Made by a program: the position numbers and the translations under genes. A DNA stretch of 64,000 nucleotides from Candidatus Latescibacterota bacterium (GTDB lineage Bacteria; Latescibacterota; UBA2968; UBA8231): assembly GCA_965243025.1 (NCBI GenBank), contig CBDETY010000003.1, positions 4,256,001-4,320,000 of the forward strand, written 5' to 3'. The notes under the pieces were generated by a model that saw only the letters and a list, made by a program, of their open reading frames with translations, was not told the DNA's origin and did no database searches. This document shows, one piece after another, positions 27,181 through 37,153 of the stretch. Position 1 is the stretch's first letter. Every line of letters begins with the position of its first letter.

Positions 27181-28775
27181 GACGCGAAGGCTGGCTGATG
27201 CGACGCCTGGTGCCGGCGTACCGGCCCATGGTCGCCGGTTTCGTCGCCCACCGCTTCCGGGCCCTGGGTTCGGCCGGCATCCTTCTGCTCATCGGGCTGG
27301 CGGTCTTCCCGCGCCTCGGGTCGGAGTTCACCCCGGCCCTGCAGGAGGGGACCATGGTCCTGAGACTGACCATGGCTCCGTCGATCTCCCTCGAGGAGAG
27401 CACCCGCATCACCATGCTGGTGGAGCGCCGTCTGCTGAAAATCCCGGAAATCGCCGGGGCTGTCTCGCGAATCGGCCGCGGCGAGGTCGGCGCCCATACC
27501 GATCCGATCAACAGCGCCGAGATGTTCCTCCTGCTCGAGCCGAAGGACCAGTGGCGCCAGGCCGACGACCAGGAAGAGCTTCAGGAGACCATTCGCGCCG
27601 AGCTGGGGGAGATACCCGGTGTGCTGACCAACTTCACGCAGCCGATCGCCATGACGGTGGACGAGCTGCTCGAAGGGGTGCGGGCGGAGCTGGCCATCAA
27701 GCTCTTCGGGGACGACCTCGACCTGCTGAAACAGAAGGCGGACGAAATCGCCCGGGTGGTCGACACGGTTTCCGGGGCCGCCGACGTCCAGGTGGACCAG
27801 GTAGGCGGGGCCCCCCAGCTGCTGATCAGGGTCGACCGCCGGGCCATCGCCCGTTACGGCGTCAACGTAGCCGATGTTCAGGAAGTGGTTGAGGCGGCCG
27901 TCGGCGGTGAGATGGTCGGGCAGGTGTTCGAGGGGATTCGCCGCTTCGACATCCTGGTGCGTTTCGCCCCCCGATTCCGCAGCAGTCCGGAGGCCATCGC
28001 CCGGATCCTGGTCCAGTCCCCCATGGGCGTCCAGATTCCCCTGGTTCAGCTGGCCCGGATCGAAGAGGTGGTCGGACCGCGCCAGATCACCCGGGAAAAG
28101 AGCCAGCGCTTCATCACCGTCCAGTGCAACGTCACCGACCGGGATATCGGCTCCTTCGTCGAGGAGGCCCGGGAGGCGATAGATGGCCGGGTGGCGCTGC
28201 CGCCGGGCTACCTCGTGACGTGGGGGGGCCAGTTCCGACTGCAGCAGGAAGCCAACAAGCGGCTGGCGATAGTCGTGCCGATCACCCTCTTCGCCATCTT
28301 CCTGCTCCTGTTCTCCAGCTTCAACTCGCTGAAAAACGCGATTCTCGTCCTGCTCAACATTCCCCTCGCCCTCGTCGGCGGGGTGGTCGCCCTGTGGATT
28401 ACCGGACAGAACCTGTCCGTGCCCGCCTCGGTCGGCTTCATCGCCCTGTTCGGGATCGCCCTGGGAAACAGCATGGTGATGGTGACCTGCTTCAACCAGC
28501 TCGTCCGCGAGGGAGTCGACCTGGACGAAGCCTCGGTTCAGGGCGCATGCCTGCGGGTGCGGCCGGTGCTGATGACCGCCCTGACGACCGCCCTGGGGCT
28601 GCTTCCGCTGCTGTTTTCAAGCGGGACGGGCAGCGAAGTACAACGGCCGCTTGCCACGGTAGTCGTCGGCGGCCTCGTCAGCTCGACCGTGCTGACCCTG
28701 CTGGTTCTGCCGGCGCTCTACAAGTGGTTCGCCGTGCAGTTCAACCACGGAGAAGAGGAAAGTTCATTTGGCTGA
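27181..28775 (+). pseudogene. cusA: C-terminal half of a CusA/CzcA heavy-metal RND permease, truncated by IS1595
   Basis: LGSEFTPALQEG, FTQPIAM, VGFIALFGIA, RPVLMTA and SEVQRPLATVVVGG motifs. ~525 aa versus ~1030 aa normally. Frame begins at the IS end. Confidence 0.88.
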
Positions 28776-28999
28776 TACGGAAAAAACGCTCCAAAAAGCG
28801 CCAGAAGGCTCAGTCGAGGAGGATGCAGGGGAGTATCGGCAAATTAACCAGGCTTCCTTTTCAGGCCCGGCCCCGGGGGCTGTTTCAAGCCGGTCGCAGT
28901 TGTGCCCATTTTCTTGACTTGCCTGTGACCCTTGGCTTAGGATTGCCGCATCCTGCCACGAGTTTCCCCGCATCGTCCCAATGCCCGGGAGGCTGTTGA

Positions 29000-31324
29000 G
29001 TGATATTTGAACCCCTGACAATGGTGACCGGGTTTTTCGATTTCCTGTGGTCATCCTTCCTGCTGCTGGCCCCCATGCTGTTGCTCGGGCTTTTCCTTTC
29101 CGGCCTGATTCACGTTTTCATCTCCCGCCAGGCCATTCTGCGGTGGCTCCGTGACGACAGCCTGAAATCCGTTGCCACGAGCTCGGCCATAGGCGTACCG
29201 GTTCCCCTTTGCAGCTGTTCGGTCGTTCCAGTGGTAGCCGAAATGCGCAGGAAGGGCGCCTCCCGCTCCTCCTGCATGTCCTTCCTGATAACCGCGCCTG
29301 AAACCGGCGCGGACTCGATCCTGGTCACCAACGCTTTCTTCGGCTTCATCGCCGCCGTCGTCCGGCCCGTCATCAGCTTCATCACGGCTGTCGTCGCCGG
29401 CATCTTCTGTATCGGCCTCATCAGAAACGGCGACGATGCGGCGGCGAGCCACCATGATCACGATCACGACCACGACCATGGGCACGACCACGATCACGAC
29501 CACGACCATGGACACGACCACGATCACGACCACGACCATGGACACGAGCCGCTGATTTCCGAAAGCGACGACTGCTACGTCAGCCCCACGCACCTGAAGG
29601 CGATGTTCTCCCACTGGGTACGGGAGACCGCGGCGGCGGCCGGCCGATGGAGATTCGGTTCGTGGGTAAAACCGGACTTTTACCGCCAATCACTCCGCGA
29701 GAAGCAATCGCCGGATGAGGCTCCTTCAGGCCGGCCGGCGGGGTACCAGGAGCTCGACTTCAAGAAGCTGGTCAAGCACATATTCAGCTACGGCTTCGTC
29801 GAGATCGCCGACGACATCCTTTTTGCCTTGCTGGTGGGGGTCGCCCTTGGAGGAGTGCTCTTCCTTGCCATCCCGACCGACCTGATGTCCCACGAGTATG
29901 CCCGCTGGTTGTCCTACCCGGTCATGGTACTGGTCGGGATTCCCCTTTATATCTGCGCCTCCGCGAGCACCCCGATAGCGGCGGCCCTGGTCGCAAGGGG
30001 ATTCAGCCCCGGTGCGGCGCTGATCTTCCTGATGACCGGACCGGCGACCAACACCGGCACCATCGCCATCATCGTCAGCCAGTTCGGGGCCCGTTTCGCC
30101 TCGATCTACGTCGCCTCGGTCATCGTGGTCACCGCCATCCTCGGCATAGCCATCGACGCCCTGCTTCTCGCCACCGGCCTGACGATCTCGGTAAACCTCG
30201 GTGCCTCGGAATCGCCGACCCTCCAGTTCCTCCAGTGGGGGGGCGCTTTCCTCCTGATCGCCCTGATCGTCTGGCGCTTCCGGGCGGGGGCCTTGAAGAG
30301 CGGCTGGGAGGACCTGATGCTCAATATCCGTCCCCTCTCGAGTCGCTGGTGGCAGGTGTGGGGGGGGATGACCCGCAGCCGCTCCTTCCGGGGTCTCATC
30401 TCTCCGGCGGCCCCGATGGGCCTGATTCTCTGGGCCCTGCTCTTCGTCATGTTCATCGGCAGCGGGTTCACGATGGTTCCTCCCGGCCACGTCGGCTACG
30501 GCCGCCTGTTGGGCGAAGTCTACTGGCGCGACCTGCAGCCCGGGCTGCACTACCTCGCCCCCCGGCCTTTCGTCCAGGTCGACAAGTGGCCGGTGCGGGA
30601 GGTGAAGTCCATCATGGGCGACACACCCGGCGATTATGTGTCAGGGGATCTCAACCTTCTTTCCCTGACCGTAAACGTGCAGTACAGCGTCAAGGATCCC
30701 TACCGCTACCACTACCGGACAACGGACCCGCAAAAGATCATCTCGGACGTCGTCAAGGGTCACATCCGTGCCTTCGTGTCGGCCCGGGATCTCGAGCAAC
30801 TGCTCAACGTCCACCGCGTCACCCTGGAAGAGCATATCACCGAGTCGTTCGACCACGACGTCCACCTGTCGAACCAGGTGCTCAAAACCGTCGACCTGAT
30901 CAAGGTCAACCTGTTGGACATCAGTCCCGTGGCCGAAACCCTCAGCGCCTTCAGGGACGTGTCGAGCGCCCAGGAGGACCGGGAGCGGATCATCGTCAAC
31001 GCCCAGCGTTTCCTGGTGGAGCTCACCCCCCAGGCGCACGGCAACGCCGCCTGGGAAGTGGAGCAGGCCGACGGGGAAGCCTACCGGAAGGTGGCGACGG
31101 CAGCGGCCGAATCCGAGGCGATCTCGATGGTCTCGGCGGCCGTGCGCCAGGCCCCAGGCGTCCTGCGCAACATGCTGTGGCGGGAAAAGCTCGAGACGGC
31201 GTTGTCGGGCAATCCCAAAATCATCGTACCCAACAGAAAGAGCCTGGACAAGGTTGCGCTGTGGAAGCGGAATCAGACCGCGGCCGGCAACGGGGCGGAA
31301 CATCACCAGGGGAAAAAGCAATGA
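29000..31324 (+). CDS. DUF318/SO_0444-type metal permease with a His-Asp repeat loop, fused to a C-terminal SPFH (HflK-like) domain
   Basis: PLCSCSVVP, PLYICASASTP and GPATN motifs; (HD)n loop; then TMVPPGHVG...PGLHY..P, SGDLNLL and AFRDVSSAQEDRER. Start may be 29021. Confidence 0.85.
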   Translation: MIFEPLTMVTGFFDFLWSSFLLLAPMLLLGLFLSGLIHVFISRQAILRWLRDDSLKSVATSSAIGVPVPLCSCSVVPVVAEMRRKGASRSSCMSFLITAPETGADSILVTNAFFGFIAAVVRPVISFITAVVAGIFCIGLIRNGDDAAASHHDHDHDHDHGHDHDHDHDHGHDHDHDHDHGHEPLISESDDCYVSPTHLKAMFSHWVRETAAAAGRWRFGSWVKPDFYRQSLREKQSPDEAPSGRPAGYQELDFKKLVKHIFSYGFVEIADDILFALLVGVALGGVLFLAIPTDLMSHEYARWLSYPVMVLVGIPLYICASASTPIAAALVARGFSPGAALIFLMTGPATNTGTIAIIVSQFGARFASIYVASVIVVTAILGIAIDALLLATGLTISVNLGASESPTLQFLQWGGAFLLIALIVWRFRAGALKSGWEDLMLNIRPLSSRWWQVWGGMTRSRSFRGLISPAAPMGLILWALLFVMFIGSGFTMVPPGHVGYGRLLGEVYWRDLQPGLHYLAPRPFVQVDKWPVREVKSIMGDTPGDYVSGDLNLLSLTVNVQYSVKDPYRYHYRTTDPQKIISDVVKGHIRAFVSARDLEQLLNVHRVTLEEHITESFDHDVHLSNQVLKTVDLIKVNLLDISPVAETLSAFRDVSSAQEDRERIIVNAQRFLVELTPQAHGNAAWEVEQADGEAYRKVATAAAESEAISMVSAAVRQAPGVLRNMLWREKLETALSGNPKIIVPNRKSLDKVALWKRNQTAAGNGAEHHQGKKQ
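29450..29545 (+). repeat. 30-nt tandem repeat (x3) encoding HDHDHDHDHG
   Basis: 17 His in 32 residues. Confidence 0.9.
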
Positions 31325-32208
31325 AGTTGAAGGGAACCACGATCAAGGCAGTCATTGCCGTAGTCCTCGGCGCTGTCGTCTACGACAGCTTCTACATCAT
31401 CAACGAAACCCAACAGGGGGTGCTGACCCACTTCGGGAAGATATCGCCGCCCGTCAGGCAGCCCGGATTCCACCTGAAGTGGCCCCGCCCCATATCGAAA
31501 ATCTACAAGGTCGACCGCCGCATTCACACGCTCACCGGGATACCCCATGAGCTGATAACCGAAGACCAGAAGAGCATCCTCGTCGACGGCTACCTGCTGT
31601 GGCGCACGGAAGACCCGATTCTCTTCGTCGAGGCGATCCGCACCGGTCAGAACGCGGTCGAGCGGCTGCAGGATCTGTACCTGTCGAGCAGCGGCATCAT
31701 CATCAGCAACAAGTCTTTGGACGCATTCATCGGCCTGGGGCTGGAACACGAGGACCTCAACGAGGCCTCCCGTGAGATTCTCGCCAGAATCGCGCCGATT
31801 GCAGAGGAGAGCTACGGAATCGAGGTGATCGAGGCGGGAATCGTCGAGTACACCCTCCCTGTGGAGAACCGGCCGAGCGTCATTCAGCGCATGATCGCCG
31901 AGCGCGCCCGCATCGCCGCCCGCTACCGCAGCGAAGGGGAAGAGCGGGCCCTGCGCATCGAGGCCCTGGCAATCAACGAACACGAGAAGCTGATCGCCGA
32001 CGCGCACGCCGAGGCGACGACCATTCTCGGCGAGGCCGAGGCCGAGGCCCTGGCCCTGTTGGGCAAGGCATACCGGAAGGATCCCGAGTTCTACAAGTTC
32101 GTGCGCGCCCTCGACAGCTACGATCTGATCATCGACCGCAACACGACGCTCATGCTGCCCGCCGACAACGAGTTGTTCAAGTACCTCGACAGCAGAGCAC
32201 GACCATAG
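31321..32208 (+). CDS. hflC: HflC-like SPFH protein
   Basis: ITEDQKSILVD, RMIAERARIAARYRSEG and AYRKDPEFYKFVRALDSY motifs; ATGA-coupled. Confidence 0.88.
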   Translation: MKLKGTTIKAVIAVVLGAVVYDSFYIINETQQGVLTHFGKISPPVRQPGFHLKWPRPISKIYKVDRRIHTLTGIPHELITEDQKSILVDGYLLWRTEDPILFVEAIRTGQNAVERLQDLYLSSSGIIISNKSLDAFIGLGLEHEDLNEASREILARIAPIAEESYGIEVIEAGIVEYTLPVENRPSVIQRMIAERARIAARYRSEGEERALRIEALAINEHEKLIADAHAEATTILGEAEAEALALLGKAYRKDPEFYKFVRALDSYDLIIDRNTTLMLPADNELFKYLDSRARP

Positions 32209-32221
32209 AAGAGCCCGCCAG

Positions 32222-33631
32222 ATGAGTGAACGACAGACGTTACCGCCAAGTACGCGCGCAATCTACGCCGTATTCGATTTCTACCAAGAACACAAGCGGG
32301 GACTTCTGACAGCCGCGGCGATCGCCGTTGTCGGGGGGGTGCTGCTGAGCGGGTTGCATATCGTCAAGAAGGAGGAGCAGGGCGTGCTCACCCGCTTCGG
32401 CAGGGTGGTGAACGCGAACGTCGGCCCCGGGGTGCATTACCACATTCCCGTCATCGAAAAGGTCTACATCCGCAAGGTCAAGCGGATCACCCGCCATCTG
32501 GTATCCAGCAAGGAAGGGAACACGGTCAACTTCACGATTCTGTCGGGAGACGTGAACCTGCTCGAAGTCGATGTCGCCCTCCAGTACAAGATCGACAACC
32601 TGAGGAGTTTCCTTTTCGTCGCCTCCGACCCCCTGACGATGGTTACCATGTACGCCAGGGAGGAGCTGATAAACATCCTGGGGCAGAACTTCATCGACCT
32701 GATTCTCACCTCGAACCGGAACATCATTCAAAGCGACCTGTTGGACAGCATTACCGAGCGCCTCGAGGCACGCGACATCGGCATCGAACTGGTCTCCCTC
32801 GACATCGTCGACGTGCGCCCGATCGAGGAAACCCGCGCTGCCTTCCGGGACGTAAGCGATGCCTACACCGAGCGGGTGAAGGCGGTCAGCGACGCCAACC
32901 GCAAGAGGGAGCAGCTGATCGCACACAGCCGGGGGCAGGCGGAAGCGCTGGTGATAAACGCCAAGGCCAAGGCCAGGGAGCGGCTGATCCAGGCGCAAAG
33001 CAGCGCCGGGGTGTTCACCGCGCTGTTGGTCGAGTACAAGAGACACCCCGCGCACGTGAGCTTCACCCGCTACTGGGACCGGATGCGCCAGATCTTCTCG
33101 GAGGCCAGCCTGGCCGCGGTCAATCCGGGCAAGAACTCGACAATCGACATCAACATGATCGACGGCGGAGCGGGATTCACCCCTGCGGACATGGCGCTTG
33201 GAGCTCCTCCCTCGGCTGAAGAAGAGGCCGTCGACAGGCCCCTGCTGTCGTCGGCGCTGCTCCAGAACGTGCATTCTATCGAGAGCGTCGATGCCGACAA
33301 ACTCCTGAGGGACGGCCAATTCCACAGAACGGGGGCCGAACGGGATCACATGGGCATCGCCAACCCCCGATCCCTCATTTTCGACACCCCGTCGATATTC
33401 TCCCATCGCCACGTCGCGCGCATCGGCAAGCCCATCGGGCAGCAGGAGGACGCGAAGCCGATGATCGAGAAGCTCGCTACCGGGGGCAAAGCAGACGGCA
33501 AGTCGGAAAAGAAAGAACAGGCCGCCGGCAAGCCCGGGAAGAAGGGAAAGCCTGGCGGCAAGCCCGAGAAGAAGGGAAAGCCTGGTGGCAAGTCCGAAAA
33601 GAAAGAACAGGCCGGCAGCGGGAATCCCTGA
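32222..33631 (+). CDS. hflK: HflK-like SPFH protein with C-terminal extension and Lys-rich repeats
   Basis: EQGVLTRFGR, SGDVNLLEVD..LQYKI and AAFRDVSDA motifs; C-terminal GKPEKKGKPG repeats. Confidence 0.85.
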   Translation: MSERQTLPPSTRAIYAVFDFYQEHKRGLLTAAAIAVVGGVLLSGLHIVKKEEQGVLTRFGRVVNANVGPGVHYHIPVIEKVYIRKVKRITRHLVSSKEGNTVNFTILSGDVNLLEVDVALQYKIDNLRSFLFVASDPLTMVTMYAREELINILGQNFIDLILTSNRNIIQSDLLDSITERLEARDIGIELVSLDIVDVRPIEETRAAFRDVSDAYTERVKAVSDANRKREQLIAHSRGQAEALVINAKAKARERLIQAQSSAGVFTALLVEYKRHPAHVSFTRYWDRMRQIFSEASLAAVNPGKNSTIDINMIDGGAGFTPADMALGAPPSAEEEAVDRPLLSSALLQNVHSIESVDADKLLRDGQFHRTGAERDHMGIANPRSLIFDTPSIFSHRHVARIGKPIGQQEDAKPMIEKLATGGKADGKSEKKEQAAGKPGKKGKPGGKPEKKGKPGGKSEKKEQAGSGNP

Positions 33632-33663
33632 GACTGCTGGACAGGAGATGGAGCACCGCTGAT

Positions 33664-34824
33664 ATGCTTTTGGTATCCTGCCTCATCCTGCTGTCGACGG
33701 CGGTCTCCACGGCCGGAGAAACTGTCCTGTTCGGGCAGAGCGCCTGTTTCTCAGGCCCGAACCAACGCCTGGGGTTCAACTACCGGGCAGGTATCGACGC
33801 GGCTTTTCACGAGCGCAACGATCGCGGGGGAGTCAACGGCAGGTCTCTGGAACTGGCATCCCTCGACGACGCCTACGAGCCTGACCTGGCAGCCGCCAAC
33901 GCGGAACGGTTCGCCGCCGAGAACGAGGTGCTGGCCGTAATCGGCGGCGTGGGAACCCCGACGGCCAAACGCATCGCCCCGATCCTGAGGACGGCGGAGA
34001 TCCCCTTCGTGGGTCCCTTCACGGGTGCGGATTTCCTGCGCAACGCCGAGCGCTTTCCCAATGTCGTCAACCTGAGGGCGGGTTACTTCGACGAGACCCG
34101 GATGCTCGTCGACCACATCCTCAAGGAGCGCGGCAAGAACCGCTTCGGGATCATATACCAGGACGACGCCTTCGGCCGGTCGGTCCTGAAGAACTTCAAG
34201 GCCGTCCTCGACGAGCACTTCATTCCCATCCTGGGGAAAACCGCTTTCTCGCGGAACACCCACGCCGTCCAGGCGACTCTCTTCGCCCTGGCCAAGGCCG
34301 ACCTCGACGCCATTCTCCTCGTCGGGGCCTATCCCTCCAACGCAGAAATAATCAACCTGTCGCAGTCCCTGGGGCACGAATACATAATGGCGAATCTTTC
34401 CTTCGTCCTTTCCTACGAGCTGAAAAAGAACATCGACGCCCCGAACGACAGGATCCTGGTCACCGAGGTGATGCCCGCGGCCGACGACACGAGCATGCAG
34501 GTTGTCCGGAGCTTCCGCCGGGCTATGGCAGCAGGTGAAAATGCGCAGTCAGAGGTGGTGAACTACTCGATCAACGAGGTGTCCCTTGAAGGATATATCC
34601 TCGGCCGCTTCGTCATCGCCGTGCTCGAGCGCATGGGGGACGAATTGACCAGGGAAAACTTCATGAAGCAGGCATTGTCGTCCGGACCGGTGGCGATCGA
34701 CGATTGGACTCTTGAATTCGGACCCGGCACGAATTCGGGTTCGAGCTACCTCAGGCTGATCGATCTGGGCGGCCATGATTCCGCTTCACTAGGGGGAGAA
34801 ACTGCAATTGAAAAAGGTGGATGA
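33664..34824 (+). CDS. Periplasmic substrate-binding protein (type I, Leu/Ile/Val-like)
   Basis: GQSACFSGP, GGVNGR, LDDAYEP, VGTPT and YQDDAFG motifs. Confidence 0.85.
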   Translation: MLLVSCLILLSTAVSTAGETVLFGQSACFSGPNQRLGFNYRAGIDAAFHERNDRGGVNGRSLELASLDDAYEPDLAAANAERFAAENEVLAVIGGVGTPTAKRIAPILRTAEIPFVGPFTGADFLRNAERFPNVVNLRAGYFDETRMLVDHILKERGKNRFGIIYQDDAFGRSVLKNFKAVLDEHFIPILGKTAFSRNTHAVQATLFALAKADLDAILLVGAYPSNAEIINLSQSLGHEYIMANLSFVLSYELKKNIDAPNDRILVTEVMPAADDTSMQVVRSFRRAMAAGENAQSEVVNYSINEVSLEGYILGRFVIAVLERMGDELTRENFMKQALSSGPVAIDDWTLEFGPGTNSGSSYLRLIDLGGHDSASLGGETAIEKGG

Positions 34825-35296
34825 ATTTTCCGTCGAAGAGGTCGGAGAAGAATGGCTGCGCGAGCTCTACAAGGTCGTCGCCATGCGGCGCGGTACCATG
34901 TTCAGGCTGATAACCGAGGCGGCCCGCCTGCTGCTGCTCGGCAACGCCGGCGGGGCTGCGCTGATCATCGGATTCATGAGCGCCTCCACGGGAAACGAAG
35001 ATGCCTCCTACCACTGGCTCGCCCTGGGGACGCTGCTCGTCTTTGCGATCGGAACCCTGGCGTCGGCCCTGACGATGATCCTGGTGGCCCTGGTTTCGGT
35101 GAAGGAAGCCCACAGCGCCGAGGAGGCCCTGAAAGAGTTCGTTGAGGGAGGGATCGACCGCAGCCAGGTGATGTTCACGGTCGGAGAGCAGACCTTCCGT
35201 ATCGCCGACTTCTCAATGGTGACGGGCCTCGTCAGCACCGTGGGGTTCATGCTGGGAGGCCTGAGCAGTATCCTCCTGCTGACCCTGTTCTTCTGA
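34808..35296 (+). CDS. Hypothetical membrane protein
   Basis: Three hydrophobic segments; LLLGNAGGAALI; TTG start after GGGGAG. Confidence 0.65.
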   Translation: MKKVDEFSVEEVGEEWLRELYKVVAMRRGTMFRLITEAARLLLLGNAGGAALIIGFMSASTGNEDASYHWLALGTLLVFAIGTLASALTMILVALVSVKEAHSAEEALKEFVEGGIDRSQVMFTVGEQTFRIADFSMVTGLVSTVGFMLGGLSSILLLTLFF

Positions 35297-35397
35297 CCGG
35301 AGCCGCTTCCCGGCGTCTCTTCGAGGTTTCACGGTGCCCTGCCGCCGTCCGGGCGCCGCCGCCGTGATCCACTGATCCCTGGATTCGAGGCACGTTC

Positions 35398-36258
35398 ATG
35401 GTAGATGCAGATACCCTGCTGGTCCTGGCGGGGTACTCAGCCGTCATTTTCGCCGCTTCCTTTGTAGGCGGGAGGCTGGCTTTCCTCGGTACCATGACCC
35501 ACACGAAGACTCAGGTCCTGATGAGTCTCGTTGCCGGCTTCATCCTCGGCATCGCCATGTACCATCTGTTCCCCCACAGCCTCGAGCGCATTTCCGGACC
35601 CGGACCCGAGGTTGTCGAAAAAGCCGTGGCGTGGGTGGTGTTCGGGATGATCCTGATGATCTTCCTGCTGCGCATCTTCCACTTTCATCAGCACGACTTC
35701 AGCAGTGAAGCGAGCGATCTGTACGAACATCACGAACACGGCGACTCCGCAATACACTCGCAGAGTCTGATCGGGGTCGCCCTCGGCCTCGGGGTGCACA
35801 CCGTGACCGAAGGGGTTGCGCTGGGAACCAGCATGCAGGTCAGCTCGCCGCATGAAGAGGAAGGGGTGCTGCCTGCCCTGGGTGTATTCCTCGCCATTGT
35901 GCTGCACAAGCCGCTCGACGCGTACTCCATAATCGGCATGATGAAATCCGCGGGTCACGGCGCGCGCGCGCGAACCGCGGCCAATCTCGGGTTCGCCCTG
36001 CTCTGCCCCCTGGTGGGCCTGGCGAGCTTCCTGGGCGTGGGGTTTCTCGGTTCCTATGCCGGAGCATTCGTCGGCTATGCACTGGCATTCGCGACCGGTG
36101 CCTTCCTCTGCATTGCCCTGAGCGACCTGCTTCCGGAGATCCAATTCCACAGCCACGACCGCGGCAAGCTCATCCTCGCTCTCCTCCTGGGAATCGGCCT
36201 CGCCTACGCACTGTTCTTCATAGAATCCAGTGCCGTCCACGGAGAAGAAGGACACTGA
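35398..36258 (+). CDS. ZIP-family metal transporter
   Basis: HLFPH, HFHQH, HTVTEGVALG, HKPLDA and DLLPEIQFHSHDR motifs. Confidence 0.9.
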   Translation: MVDADTLLVLAGYSAVIFAASFVGGRLAFLGTMTHTKTQVLMSLVAGFILGIAMYHLFPHSLERISGPGPEVVEKAVAWVVFGMILMIFLLRIFHFHQHDFSSEASDLYEHHEHGDSAIHSQSLIGVALGLGVHTVTEGVALGTSMQVSSPHEEEGVLPALGVFLAIVLHKPLDAYSIIGMMKSAGHGARARTAANLGFALLCPLVGLASFLGVGFLGSYAGAFVGYALAFATGAFLCIALSDLLPEIQFHSHDRGKLILALLLGIGLAYALFFIESSAVHGEEGH

Positions 36259-36961
36259 CCCCTGGTTCCTGCGGGCGCATTTCCGCGGGAATTCGGCCGC
36301 CGCTGCGTCTTGAGGGAATCGCGTTCAAGCCAAGTCCTTCATCTGTGCGGTTCCCTCGATCCCGGTCCTCCGCGTTTCCTTCGCTCGCCCGTACATCTTC
36401 GGTACAACTCGCTTTGCGCCTTGCGAGCCGGGGCGTCCCGGCACCCTCGTTTGTACCCTGACTTTACGCGCGCCGACTGCTAGCACCCGCACAGACAGCT
36501 AGCACCGCCTCGTCCGCCTGGGCGCGGTCCCCCCAAAGCTCATCAGCTCAGTCCAGGAGGCAGCTTTTTCCCGGCAGGATCTTCAACTGCGCGGAAAAAA
36601 GTTCCACCCCTCCGGGCGCTTCCACGGCTCTTCAAACCTCCTCGATCAGTCCATCAATTCCCTGTAAAAACAGGGAGTTACAAGAATTCCCCCCGCAGGA
36701 GTCCTCCAGGCAAACGCGGCCAGGCACGGCAATTGCAAGACCGGGCCGGGGCCATCGCTGCCACCGGTGAAACCATCCGCCGGTCGAACGCGGGACCCCC
36801 AACGTGAACATGGAAGCGAATCCTCAAGCCTGTGCGAATGCCTGCCCGTGCCGCCCCCCGGGGACCCGTGAAACGCGGACCCCCGGACTGCCGGCTCGCA
36901 CCTCGCCCGAAGGCGTCGAACCCGCCGGGTCCGGCAAGGGAAGGCAGCGCCGCAACACAGG

Positions 36962-37153
36962 ATGAGCCGGTGCCGAAAAGCAGAGGGAATCCCCGGGACG
37001 CGACCCCGGATCTGGCGCCGGCTCGAGGAGCTCGATCGCGAGATTCGCGATTGCCTCGAGGATATTCGCCAAACCCTTCGCGAGCTCGAGGAGTCGGGAA
37101 AGGAAACCCCCGGCAATCCGTTGCAGCCCTCGAGCCGTGAAGCCGGGAGATAA
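36962..37153 (+). CDS. Possible small coiled-coil protein
   Basis: LEELDREIRDCLEDIRQTLRELEE heptads; overlaps the slt start. Confidence 0.35.
   Translation: MSRCRKAEGIPGTRPRIWRRLEELDREIRDCLEDIRQTLRELEESGKETPGNPLQPSSREAGR

Noticed and set aside
36260-36960. Long intergenic region after ZIP (contains GCTAGCACC twice) as an ncRNA or riboswitch
   Set aside because: No recognisable family motif or convincing structure by eye; needs an Rfam scan.
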